Shown here: piece after piece, positions 10,801-19,022 of the stretch
Position numbering within the stretch: the first letter of the stretch is position 1
How the letters are laid out: every line of letters starts with the position of its first letter
Assembly (NCBI GenBank): GCA_038727135.1
Contig: JAVYWL010000001.1
Location: 256,001 to 320,000, forward strand
Length of the DNA: 64,000 nucleotides
Reading direction: 5' to 3'
Source: Candidatus Bathyarchaeia archaeon
Lineage (GTDB): Archaea > Thermoproteota > Bathyarchaeia > Bathyarchaeales > Bathycorpusculaceae
Translations under genes and position numbers: made by a program
Notes under the pieces: model-generated
The model's database searches: none
What the model was told of the DNA's origin: nothing
Seen by the model: only the letters and a program-made list of their open reading frames with translations

Positions 10801-11310
10801 ACTGCCGCCTTTGAAGTAAACAGCCCACTTAAACTCATTTGCCAAGTAAGACTTATCTATAGTAACCATGAAAACCATCTGTGGATTTTCACTTTTGCTT
10901 CTACCGCCAGTGGCAGTTATACCATCTGGCAATGGATAATTCGCATAATATGGGCTGCCAGTACGCCATCCATTTTCATAGTAACTGATCAGCCATGTTC
11001 CATATGAATAATTAGGGTCGATTCCGTCATTATTATGTATTTGGAATTTAATTTCACTGCCTAGGCCTATTATTACAACGATTCCGGCAACGGGGTTATT
11101 TAGATAGACGCTATTTTCATTTAAATCAATAGTCCACTTGATAAAGTCAACATACTCTTCAACATTGACATGCGCCCAAGCGACATCCTGATCAAATAAT
11201 ACACGTATTACAGATCCATTGGCTTTCGACGATTTAATCGGAACCAATATCGCCGCAGAACTTAGGAAAATTATTAGAATCATTGCTACTGCCAATGTTT
11301 TGCTTTTCAT
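7807..11310 (-). CDS. Large secreted surface protein: parallel beta-helix repeats, CARDB/Ig-like, cohesin-like and dockerin-like domains
   Basis: Signal peptide; FTKIQDGINAV...VHVYPGEYVEQ then beta-helix repeats ending VDARYNWWG; HDVAI...VKNEG...ETFNVSLYYD (CARDB); IKVEP...FNVNVTI...YNDTLL...GDGVLATITF (cohesin-like); GDVNYDGRVNAWD and DIDRNGKIDIKD (dockerin-like). Confidence 0.88.
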   Translation of the reverse strand: MKSKTLAVAMILIIFLSSAAILVPIKSSKANGSVIRVLFDQDVAWAHVNVEEYVDFIKWTIDLNENSVYLNNPVAGIVVIIGLGSEIKFQIHNNDGIDPNYSYGTWLISYYENGWRTGSPYYANYPLPDGITATGGRSKSENPQMVFMVTIDKSYLANEFKWAVYFKGGSGGRTFFPPDFSWYDTDTSDMATAKYLILGGAVATLAKAVGTNAQFYWGSGCWAAVLGQKFEIYIDPTLPPFDALGAFKIDDIASISYHTNTPHPITGTTPHNFYIVIYTKPDGIGDHGWYGYKLIGEPYFSKNLNAPANQWNRWSTDVDTNQLTFFDPDTIGFYGFYGQPTLQDIQAGPINWHNYYSGCPETNIDYGVEVVKYISFQTATGWMNVFQGCIDAITIALKDGTTVSIDLEGFASEVWVNDDWASLPPGYEVEPGKFIGYNAFTKIQDGINAVLAEGVVHVYPGEYVEQLVVNKNLSLEGMTGAKIVAPDTRSTFTIPESSAVFDPIIFAYGSLSGTETISVTIKGFEIDGGNKAASSYRYVGILCRNIKPGTVSNCVIYSMYPPSGKGSGPQTFGILVYGDSEATIEYNEVRDFSRGGIGVLGDAGPNVDPHAIVQENTVFGNGFEPETGWWAENGIQIAYGATAHVLGNYVFNCTVNNPYWSATGILVVDTSDVIVENNYVEGCDIGISAADFPGSIYGSPWDYHALSNVLIKGNTLFNNTWQVDISNDAKNVTLICNNILNAVEDGIDVWSYPNAGVAPTDIKINYNNIIGSGTYGLWVSEDVTEPVDARYNWWGHLTGPYHPTLNPTGLGDEVSGNANFKPWLLTEKAPPLVHDVAILSIAPSAIRIASGSTVQVSVKVKNEGNTYETFNVSLYYDDNLIGWETITDMIPGSTKLLTFNWNTSGVPYGTYTLKAEANMVPGEVDIEDNVFVDGQVRVGPEVLIKVEPSLFQAQMLNKEFNVNVTIDGLWEGWRVVIIQFRVCYNDTLLDVVDVAEGAFMKDPRWNLYGTLFLYYVERDPVYGPNIIVGIVLYPNQYGVWSKFPSGDGVLATITFKTRYQERGLEKPPLTSDLRLEDVMLVDDDIIEVPVNRSDGLFEMYPTHIGDVNYDGRVNAWDIGLVAKAFGASPGHMRWNREYDIDRNGKIDIKDIAIVCKGFGWKGPTYDP

Positions 11311-11474
11311 TTTCCTTTCTCCTCCTACTAAACTTTTAAATGCAATTTTAAGTATCCTTTTTTCTGTATATAAGATTTGTGAAAATTTGTTCCAGAGATG
11401 GCGTTTTATTCAGAAAAATCTGAAAAGTGGAAATAATTGTTTTAAATAGCTGTAGGTTTACATCAACCTTAACT

Positions 11475-13238
11475 TTAACCTTCAGCGATTTTCTTCAGTT
11501 GTTTTTGGTACATTTCTACTATTTCGTTTGTGGTTGTTGCGTCTTCTGCTGCCTTGTCTATTCTGTAGTTGCCAGTAAAACGCGGAAAGCGTATGGCTAG
11601 TCCGCTTCCTTGGCGTATGGTGTTTAGGGCGCATGTGTGGATGGGGCTTAGGGTTATTTCTGCGCCTAACACTTCTATGACTATTTTTGGTTCGAACCAA
11701 ACATCTGCCTCTATGAGCGAGTTAACCCTTGGATGCTTATGCGGTATTACATGTTTTTTCATCATTTGGGGGAGTTTTGCCAAGTCCTCGTCTGTGAAGC
11801 CTGTTCCGCATTTTGTTACTGTTTCGAAGGTGTCGTTTTCTGGGTTGTAAGCCGCCAATAATAGTGCGCCGTATGTTCCTGCCCGTTTTCCTCGTCCATA
11901 GAAGGCGCCGACCACGACTAGGTCTACGGTGTCTGTCATTTCGCTTTTGTAGTCCCGCTTATATTTTATCCATAGCCAGCCTCTTGCGCCAGCTTGATAA
12001 ATAGAGTCTTCGTTTATTGATTTGCACATTAGGCCTTCGCATCCGTCTTCTATGGCTTCTAGGAAGAAGTTTTCAAGCTCTTTTATGTCGCTTGTAATTA
12101 TTGATTTGGCGATTTTTACTCTTTCACCTTCCCGGATTATGGTTTCAAGGGTTTTCCGCCGGACTGGGTAGGGTTCAAGCGTCAAGTCTTTCCCGTCAAC
12201 GTATAAGGCGTCAAACATGAAAAGTGATACTGGGTATTCTTCCATGGCCTTTTCTATGCCATATTTGCGTCTGCGGTGCATAAGCTCTTGGAAGGGCCGC
12301 ATTTCGCCTGTGTCAGGGTCTATGGCTACGCATTCAGCCTCTACTATAGCTTCTTTGGCTAGAACATGCTGTCTTAAAAGTTCAATGGCGTCTGGATACT
12401 GGTCGGAAATGTCTTCTAGACGTCTTGAGTAAAGGGTTATTTCTTCGCCTTTCTTGTGGGCTTGGATTCGTTCGCCGTCATACTTGTACTCGGCTATGCA
12501 TTTTCCGCCCAGCTTTTCGAGGATTTCTTCAGGTGATGAAAGTCTTTCGGCCAACATGGGCCTTATGGGTTCTCCTACAACAACCTTGAACTTTTTGATT
12601 CCTTCAAGGCCTTCTTCGGCTAGGACTTTGGCTACTCTTCCAAGGTCTGATGAGATGTTGTAGGCGCGTTCCACTAGTTCGCGGGTTTCCTTGCCGCCGC
12701 CGTAAGCTATTGCCAAGGCATCAAGCACTGTCATGTCTGCAATGCCCAAGCGGAGGTTTCCAGTAACTGTCCGCATGATATATTTGGCTTCCTTTGGTGT
12801 AGCATCAGCTAAAAGCCCTGCCAAAAGCGTAATTTTTGTATCAACAGCTCCAGATCCAGAAGCACGCGCCATCTTGTCAAGGGTTTCGTAAACCCTTTGG
12901 ACAGTTAATGGTTTCTGGAAAAAGGTTAGCTGTCTTTTTTGGGCTATAAATTTCTGGGCTGTCTCGCCGATGTCTCCACTTTTTTTCATGTCCTCTTCAA
13001 TTTCGCTTTCCCGCCGCCCAGAAGCGTGGGCTAGGGCCTTTATGGCAAGTCTTTCAGCCACACCAATCTCGAGCTTAACAAAGTCTGGGTAAATTTTGCC
13101 TTGCGTTAAATAAACAACTTTGTCGATTATTTCTTTAGGCGTCTTTTTTAGGAGGCCTACTAGCAAGTCTGTCATTTCAAGCCTTTTGGTTGTGGCTTCA
13201 ATCTTCTCGTAGGCGTCAGCAATCTCAGAGTAGAGCAA
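11475..13238 (-). CDS. lig: ATP-dependent DNA ligase (copy 1)
   Basis: EYKYDGER adenylation motif, EGLMCK, WIKYKRDY, DLVVVG, RFPRF; TTG start at 13238 after AGGGAG. Confidence 0.96.
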   Translation of the reverse strand: MLYSEIADAYEKIEATTKRLEMTDLLVGLLKKTPKEIIDKVVYLTQGKIYPDFVKLEIGVAERLAIKALAHASGRRESEIEEDMKKSGDIGETAQKFIAQKRQLTFFQKPLTVQRVYETLDKMARASGSGAVDTKITLLAGLLADATPKEAKYIMRTVTGNLRLGIADMTVLDALAIAYGGGKETRELVERAYNISSDLGRVAKVLAEEGLEGIKKFKVVVGEPIRPMLAERLSSPEEILEKLGGKCIAEYKYDGERIQAHKKGEEITLYSRRLEDISDQYPDAIELLRQHVLAKEAIVEAECVAIDPDTGEMRPFQELMHRRRKYGIEKAMEEYPVSLFMFDALYVDGKDLTLEPYPVRRKTLETIIREGERVKIAKSIITSDIKELENFFLEAIEDGCEGLMCKSINEDSIYQAGARGWLWIKYKRDYKSEMTDTVDLVVVGAFYGRGKRAGTYGALLLAAYNPENDTFETVTKCGTGFTDEDLAKLPQMMKKHVIPHKHPRVNSLIEADVWFEPKIVIEVLGAEITLSPIHTCALNTIRQGSGLAIRFPRFTGNYRIDKAAEDATTTNEIVEMYQKQLKKIAEG

Positions 13239-13299
13239 AATTGACTCCCTACGTGATAGGGAACAAGCCAAATATATTAAGTTTGACAAAGCCTCGCGT

Positions 13300-13419
13300 T
13301 CACGACTTGTAAAGGATTTTGCCCTTCTCCAAAACTTCTAGGATGAACGGGCTTTTCCGCCTTTTCATATCTTCAAACTCTTCGGGCGTATAGCCTAAAG
13401 GCTCGACTGGTTCGATTGT
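13300..13419 (-). pseudogene. C-terminal remnant resembling a minimal nucleotidyltransferase (MNT)
   Basis: TIEPVEPLGYTPEEFEDMKRRKSPFILEVLEKGKILYKS* follows in frame after the creatininase TAA; no start upstream of the motif. Confidence 0.6.
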
Positions 13420-14178
13420 TTACATGTTGTCCAGTTCTTTTAAAAGTTCCGCTAGCCTTTCTATGGCAAGCTGCCAAGCCTTTTCGCCTTTCTCCTTTGA
13501 GGCTTTTGTCGGGTCACCTATTACGCCGGTGTTGCTAATCTCTCTTGTTCTGAAAGCCCATGAAACTTTTGGTCCAGCCTCTTTCAGTCCAATTTTTGTG
13601 TACTTTGACTTTGGAAGGTTTAGCCTCGGCCTTGTAATTCTTTCCTTGACAACAGCGTTTTCGCGGTTGGCCAGCGTTGTGGATGTTTCGAACTCTCCGG
13701 CATGTGCATCATAGGGTGTTTCTATGAACTGTTCTATGAAGTCTGGTATGAGGCTGACGGTGTCTATGGCTACGAAAGCACCTGTTTCAGCCTTAATTCT
13801 CTGGGCTGAGGCCTCTAGGGCTGGGGTGTTTCCGCCGTGGCCGTTTTCAAAAAGTATTTTTGTGAATCCATGCTTTGTTAGGCACGCGCCCACTTCATAG
13901 GCCATTTGCTCAAGAGTTTGCGGATTCAGTGTTATTGTTCCCGGAAAGTCCATGTGGTGTAAGGAAACGCCATAATACATGGGTGGAGCCACAAGAGCGC
14001 ATTCTGCTTTTTCAGCGGCCCTCATGGAAAGCCAAAAGGCGTCATAGGCATCCGTGTCTAGTGGCAAGTGAGGGCCATGCTGCTCGCAGCTTCCGACAGG
14101 CACAACCACAGTTTTATGTACTTTAAGGAACTCTTCTACGTCAACCCATGTTAGTTCGCCCAAATAGTAACTTCGCAT
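13420..14178 (-). CDS. Creatininase family amidohydrolase
   Basis: PVGSCEQHGPHLPLDTD, ENGHGGN, HAGEFETS, GVIGDPTKAS. Confidence 0.93.
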   Translation of the reverse strand: MRSYYLGELTWVDVEEFLKVHKTVVVPVGSCEQHGPHLPLDTDAYDAFWLSMRAAEKAECALVAPPMYYGVSLHHMDFPGTITLNPQTLEQMAYEVGACLTKHGFTKILFENGHGGNTPALEASAQRIKAETGAFVAIDTVSLIPDFIEQFIETPYDAHAGEFETSTTLANRENAVVKERITRPRLNLPKSKYTKIGLKEAGPKVSWAFRTREISNTGVIGDPTKASKEKGEKAWQLAIERLAELLKELDNM

Positions 14179-14200
14179 TTTCAAAAGCTTTGCACTTCTC

Positions 14201-14722
14201 CTAAAACTTTTCATAATGAATTATCTGCCTTAATGGTCTCCTACTCCTAGGTTGAGGAGACTCGGCTGGGTAGCCAACTGGTATTATGGCTACTGGCCTT
14301 ACGCCATCTGGAATGTTTAGGATTTTTCTTGCTTCTTCTTCTCTGAAGGCTCCAACCCAGCATGTGCCCAAACCCATGGCGTAGGCTGCCAAGTGGATGT
14401 TTTGTATGGCTGCAGCTGTGTCCTGTATGCAGTAAAGGGTTCTTCCACGTGCGCCATAGCCTCTTGCAGAACGCTCCTCATCCGCGCATACAACAATTAC
14501 GACTGGTGCCTCCTCGATAAAGGATTGCCCTAACGCAGCTTCAGCCAGCCGCTTTTTAGTTTCTGGGTTACGGACAACTATGAACTCCCATGGCTGGATA
14601 TTCCCAGCGGAGGGAGCCCATCTAGCGGCGTCAATGAGTTTCTCAACGGTTTCAGTTGAAATGTCAGCATCTTTAAAGGCTCTTATGCTGCGTCTTCCTT
14701 TTATGGCTTCGAAAACATCCAT
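14201..14722 (-). CDS. Nitroreductase family protein
   Basis: RRSIRAF, APSAGNIQPW, GLGTCWVG. Confidence 0.95.
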   Translation of the reverse strand: MDVFEAIKGRRSIRAFKDADISTETVEKLIDAARWAPSAGNIQPWEFIVVRNPETKKRLAEAALGQSFIEEAPVVIVVCADEERSARGYGARGRTLYCIQDTAAAIQNIHLAAYAMGLGTCWVGAFREEEARKILNIPDGVRPVAIIPVGYPAESPQPRSRRPLRQIIHYEKF

Positions 14723-14831
14723 AATATCACGCGTCCATAACTGATTATTTTGGGTTGTAGCTTGATAAATTTTGCAGAACTAATAAATAGATGGCTGGAA
14801 CAAAATTACTGGTTCCTATGAGAAAGGTGAT

Positions 14832-15650
14832 GTGTTGAACACTGAAGAGATTATGGAGTTAGCCCTAAAGCTTGCTGGTTTAACTGAAATCCCGGAGGAC
14901 AGCACCATCTACATTGAAGGCGAAAACATCCGGCGAGTCTTGTTCTGCATAGATGCTGGACCAGCAGAGTTTCTACTTGCCAAGCAGCTAGGCTACGACG
15001 TCGTCATAGCTCATCACCCGGCTGGCGGATCAGCTATTCTTGGCTTTCCAATGGTTTTTATGAGGCATGTTCAGCAGATGGTGGACGCTGGTGTTCCACT
15101 GGAAAAGGCTGAGCTGGCTGTAAAAAGGAAATTTGAACAATTGAGTGTAGAAGCACATGCTCGAAATTATGCTCATGCTGTGGATTTTGCAAGACTTTTG
15201 AAGATACCCTTTATGAATATACATATGCCCCTCGACGAAATTGGGAGAAAACGGATGGTTGAGCAGATCAACAAAAAAGTGAGAGAAGACTCTACGGTTG
15301 GAGATGTGGTTTCCGCCTTGATGGGGCTTCCGGAATTCAGAAAAGCTCTTACAAAGATAAGTGTTTGCCTTGGAAAAGTTGAAAACAAGGCTGGAAAAGT
15401 TGTTGTTTCCCATGCGGCAGCCACTAACGGAGGGTATGAAATTGCTAAAACGTACTTTGAGCACGGTGTCAACACGTTAATTTACATTCACATAAGCCCA
15501 TCGGACTTGGAAAAACTGAAGGCTGAGGGTAAAGGCAACTTGATAGTGACTGGGCATATTGCCAGCGACTCGCTGGGGATAAACCCTTTTATCCATGAAT
15601 TAGAAAGAAGGGGACTGTCAGTAACCAAGATTGGAGTTGTGGAAGGCTAG
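14832..15650 (+). CDS. NIF3-like metal-binding protein
   Basis: IAHHP, NIHMPLD, TGHIASDSLG motifs. Confidence 0.75.
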   Translation: MLNTEEIMELALKLAGLTEIPEDSTIYIEGENIRRVLFCIDAGPAEFLLAKQLGYDVVIAHHPAGGSAILGFPMVFMRHVQQMVDAGVPLEKAELAVKRKFEQLSVEAHARNYAHAVDFARLLKIPFMNIHMPLDEIGRKRMVEQINKKVREDSTVGDVVSALMGLPEFRKALTKISVCLGKVENKAGKVVVSHAAATNGGYEIAKTYFEHGVNTLIYIHISPSDLEKLKAEGKGNLIVTGHIASDSLGINPFIHELERRGLSVTKIGVVEG

Positions 15651-15726
15651 CCCGGGGGGTTAAAAGCAGCATCCCATCCAGCATATTTTCAATGCAAAGC
15701 TTAAGTCTTACAAAATCGTTAAGTGT

Positions 15727-16116
15727 ATGGTTTCCATGAAAGAAAAGGAAGACGAATTGAGGCGCATTGAAGAGAAAGACTTGCCATGGTTTTATAGGTT
15801 AATTTTGAAAATTCCGGGAACAGACTTCCTTGAGGGAGCTGGTGGCATTTTCTGGGGAATTTTAGTGCCAACATTTTTGATGGGGGAGTTTTTGCTAAGC
15901 CTATATTTTATCGCGACTTTTAGGTTTCCACTAAACATTTTATTGGTATTAGTTATTCCGACGGCCACTTTCATGCTTTTTGTAAAAATTTCTCTAAAAA
16001 GATTTGTTAATTGGTGAAATGCAACCTTTGGAGAGCCCGGATTTAGATGGGATATTGAAAAATCAATGAAAGAATATTTAGATTTATTAAGAAAACAAAA
16101 GGAAAAGGGCACCTAA
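15727..16116 (+). pseudogene. Membrane protein interrupted by an in-frame TGA at 16015-16017
   Basis: Frame continues after ...RFVNW-TGA as NATFGEPGFRWDIEKSMKEYLDLLRKQKEKGT to TAA at 16116. Confidence 0.55.
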
Positions 16117-16149
16117 ATAAGCCTTAAATTGGATTATTTACATTTTTAT

Positions 16150-16222
16150 TTTGGATGATGAGCTGGAGAGTCAATAGAGCTTTGCATAAGCTGTGATATG
16201 ACTCGACGGGCGAACTGACACA
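16150..16222 (+). ncRNA. Box C/D 2'-O-methylation guide sRNA
   Basis: Box C ATGATGA 16155-16161; D' TAGA 16175-16178; GCTT/AAGC stem; C' GTGATAT 16193-16199 with compensatory pairing to D'; box D CTGA 16215-16218; TATA-like TTAAAT at 16124-16129. Confidence 0.72.
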
Positions 16223-16376
16223 TAAAAATTTGTTGTGTGACGTCAGATCTTGTGCAATATGTTCAGAATGTTGCATGAAGTTTAGTTGAAATTTTGATGA
16301 ATTTTTAGAATTTGTTGTGCGTAAGTCTTTTAGAGTATGCTTTCGTAATAAACACTAAAAGCATGAGGGAAACATC

Positions 16377-18185
16377 ATGTTAAAAAGATCATTGTCTATC
16401 GCCGCAATAACCTTTATCCTTGCTTCAACAATGTTTGGACTTTGCAGAATCCCTCTTTCAAACGCAGCTGAATCTACCGTTAATGCCAATCCAAGGATCA
16501 TTTATTGGCCTGCGCCTCAAGTATGGCAAACAGAAGATGGACATATCATGTGGAATTCTGGAGGCATGATCGCAACAAGCATCACATGGTCCCCCTCTGG
16601 AGAGATACTATTAATAGCTGGTTCTGACCGTTTTGTGGTAATTAACGCAAGCACTTGGTCGCCGATTAGTGACTCTTGTAATCTGTGGGGCTATAGCGGT
16701 CAAGGCGTGTTTGATAATTTTGTTATTTCGCCAGACGATTCAAAAATATTCTACATCAACGCCAGCTATGTATTTGCTCCTTCTTCCGCAATATATTCAA
16801 AGAACTTGGATGGTACCAATCCAACTTTCATAACCTACGTTAATAGTTGCTCCTCATGCGTACCCACATTCTTTGACTTATCAAGGGATGGCACAACATT
16901 GCTTTACACAGAATTTGCAGAGAACCATTCTACATATCCCTACACCCGTTTCAGTCGCATTTGGAAAGTCAACCTCGAAACAAGCGAGAGATCACTGGTT
17001 CTGGAACTTGAGGGGACAGATAACCAGATGTTTAGCGTTAGGTTTTCTCCATCAAACGACAAGATAGCCTTCACAACGTACACTGGCGTTTGGATAATTA
17101 ACTCCGATGGAACTAACCTAACCAAGATTGCTGATATCTCAGAAAACAACATTGCAATGCATTTAAATTGGGCGCCGAATGGAACAATGCTAACATACAC
17201 GGAAGTTAATTATGGAGGAAGATATGATTACCATCCATATAATATTTGGTGGGATAGTAGTAACATCACAGCTATAAATGTTGATGGAAGCAACAAACAC
17301 ACGATTTTTTATGGCGCCAAATGTTGGACATGGTCGCCCCTCAACGATTCCATAGCCGCCTTCATTAAAACAATAAGAGACGTTCCATATCTTATAGACT
17401 TAAGCCTTCCAATATCCTCCAACCCGGACAGCGACGGAGACGGCCTATCTGACCGCGAAGAAATTTTCTGTGGATACTTTAACCCACTGGATCCAACAGA
17501 CATCTACAAAGACTATGACAATGACGGGTTGACCAACTTGGAAGAGTATGAGTTTAACATAAAGCGGACTAGTGTTGGAACTTACCCGTTAAATCTATTA
17601 AATCCAGATACTGATGGGGATGGACTCAGCGACGGTGTTGAAATCAAAGTTTTCCGGACAGACCCCATAAGAAGAGATACGGATGGTGACGGCATAGATG
17701 ATGGTCATGAGGCTGCAGCGACTGGTTTGAACGCTTTCATCTCCGTTTTGCCGGAAGGTTGGATTCGCATGCAGCTAGAGTGGCGAAACAAGAGAATGTA
17801 CGTTTCCACAAACTCTTCTGTGCTTGGCGTGGTCTTCAACTCTACAAGCATGACTTTAAGCGTAAACGTTGGCGGTCCAGACGGAACAACGGGAATAGCC
17901 AACATCACCATACCAGTTGAAATGATTAGTTCGCTTTCAGCCGTAAAAGTGACATTAGACGATCAGCCCATAGACTTTCAGATAAGTCAGGCTGGCGGAT
18001 ACGCTCAAATCTACGTGCAATACCACCACAGCTACCACCAGTTAGCAGCGCATTTAAGCGGTGGCGGTGGCGTCAGTGGTGGCTTTGACTTTACGGGCAT
18101 ATTAAGCTACTGGTGGCTGATATTATCAGTTGCCATCGTAGCCGTTGCATCTGTGATAGCCGCAATAATCGTGAAACGAGGATGA
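16377..18185 (+). CDS. Surface protein: TolB/WD40-like beta-propeller, DxDGDG Ca-binding repeats, C-terminal TM anchor
   Basis: Signal peptide; WSPSG/ISPDD/FSPSN/WAPNG repeats; DSDGDGLSD, DYDNDGLTN, DTDGDGLSD, DTDGDGIDD; Gly linker and TM helix. Confidence 0.88.
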   Translation: MLKRSLSIAAITFILASTMFGLCRIPLSNAAESTVNANPRIIYWPAPQVWQTEDGHIMWNSGGMIATSITWSPSGEILLIAGSDRFVVINASTWSPISDSCNLWGYSGQGVFDNFVISPDDSKIFYINASYVFAPSSAIYSKNLDGTNPTFITYVNSCSSCVPTFFDLSRDGTTLLYTEFAENHSTYPYTRFSRIWKVNLETSERSLVLELEGTDNQMFSVRFSPSNDKIAFTTYTGVWIINSDGTNLTKIADISENNIAMHLNWAPNGTMLTYTEVNYGGRYDYHPYNIWWDSSNITAINVDGSNKHTIFYGAKCWTWSPLNDSIAAFIKTIRDVPYLIDLSLPISSNPDSDGDGLSDREEIFCGYFNPLDPTDIYKDYDNDGLTNLEEYEFNIKRTSVGTYPLNLLNPDTDGDGLSDGVEIKVFRTDPIRRDTDGDGIDDGHEAAATGLNAFISVLPEGWIRMQLEWRNKRMYVSTNSSVLGVVFNSTSMTLSVNVGGPDGTTGIANITIPVEMISSLSAVKVTLDDQPIDFQISQAGGYAQIYVQYHHSYHQLAAHLSGGGGVSGGFDFTGILSYWWLILSVAIVAVASVIAAIIVKRG

Positions 18186-18201
18186 TGGGAGGGTCAACGC
18201 T

Positions 18202-18879
18202 ATGAGTAAGGCAGTTGCTCTGGGAACCATCATCCTTTTTCTGCTCTGTTTAGGTTCAGTTTACGCTACTGCGCAGTTAGGCGTTAAAGCAGGCGACTGG
18301 ATAAAATGCGAATACGTTTCGGGCAACAATTTGCCAGGCGAGTTTATCCAATGGGTTAAAGTGGAGTGCCTATCAGCAGCGGGAACAGTTGCAACGTTAC
18401 GCGTGACAACACACTTCAGTGATGGCACAGAACAGATTGAAATCATGACGTGGGACGTTGCAATCGGCACTGGAAACACAACTTTCCAAGCACTCATACC
18501 AGCAAACTTGAGGACCGGAGATGTTATTCCAGCGGTGGAAGGAGGCAGCGTAACCATTGCTGGTGAAAAAACAGGAACTTATGCCGGAGCAAGCAGAACC
18601 GTTGTCTACGCAAGCCTAACACAAGGAGACATGCAGTTCAGCTACTGCTGGGACAAGGAAACAGGAATCATTGTGGAAGTAACGTTAACTCAAGGCTCCA
18701 TGTCAGCTACTTTTAAAGCAACCAGCACAAACATTTGGCAAGGAACGTCATCACCAAACCCGCTATCACCGCCAAACCTGCCAATAGAAATCATGTCTAT
18801 ATGCATCTCAACAGCCATAGCAATAGCCATAGTATCAACAGCCATAATCTACACTAAACGCAAATCCAAAATTGGCTAA
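18202..18879 (+). CDS. Secreted protein with C-terminal TM anchor
   Basis: Signal peptide, GVKAGDWIKC start, WDKETGI motif, Pro linker, TM helix and basic tail. Confidence 0.82.
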   Translation: MSKAVALGTIILFLLCLGSVYATAQLGVKAGDWIKCEYVSGNNLPGEFIQWVKVECLSAAGTVATLRVTTHFSDGTEQIEIMTWDVAIGTGNTTFQALIPANLRTGDVIPAVEGGSVTIAGEKTGTYAGASRTVVYASLTQGDMQFSYCWDKETGIIVEVTLTQGSMSATFKATSTNIWQGTSSPNPLSPPNLPIEIMSICISTAIAIAIVSTAIIYTKRKSKIG

Positions 18880-19022
18880 ATTAAGGGCAACATCTCCCAA
18901 TTTTTATAATTTTCCTTACTTTCATAATTTTTCAATTTTCATAATTGAACAAGATGAAACATTTGCCCTTATACGGAAAGCTTATCAGCAAATTTTGCAA
19001 ATGAGAAAAGAAGCATGTTAGT

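Noticed and set aside
16015-16017. In-frame TGA as selenocysteine
   Set aside because: No redox or Cys-like context; the downstream hairpin is better explained as a C/D sRNA than a SECIS
18898-18948. Repeated TTCATAATT / T-rich tract
   Set aside because: Consistent with an ordinary T-rich terminator region after the 18202 gene
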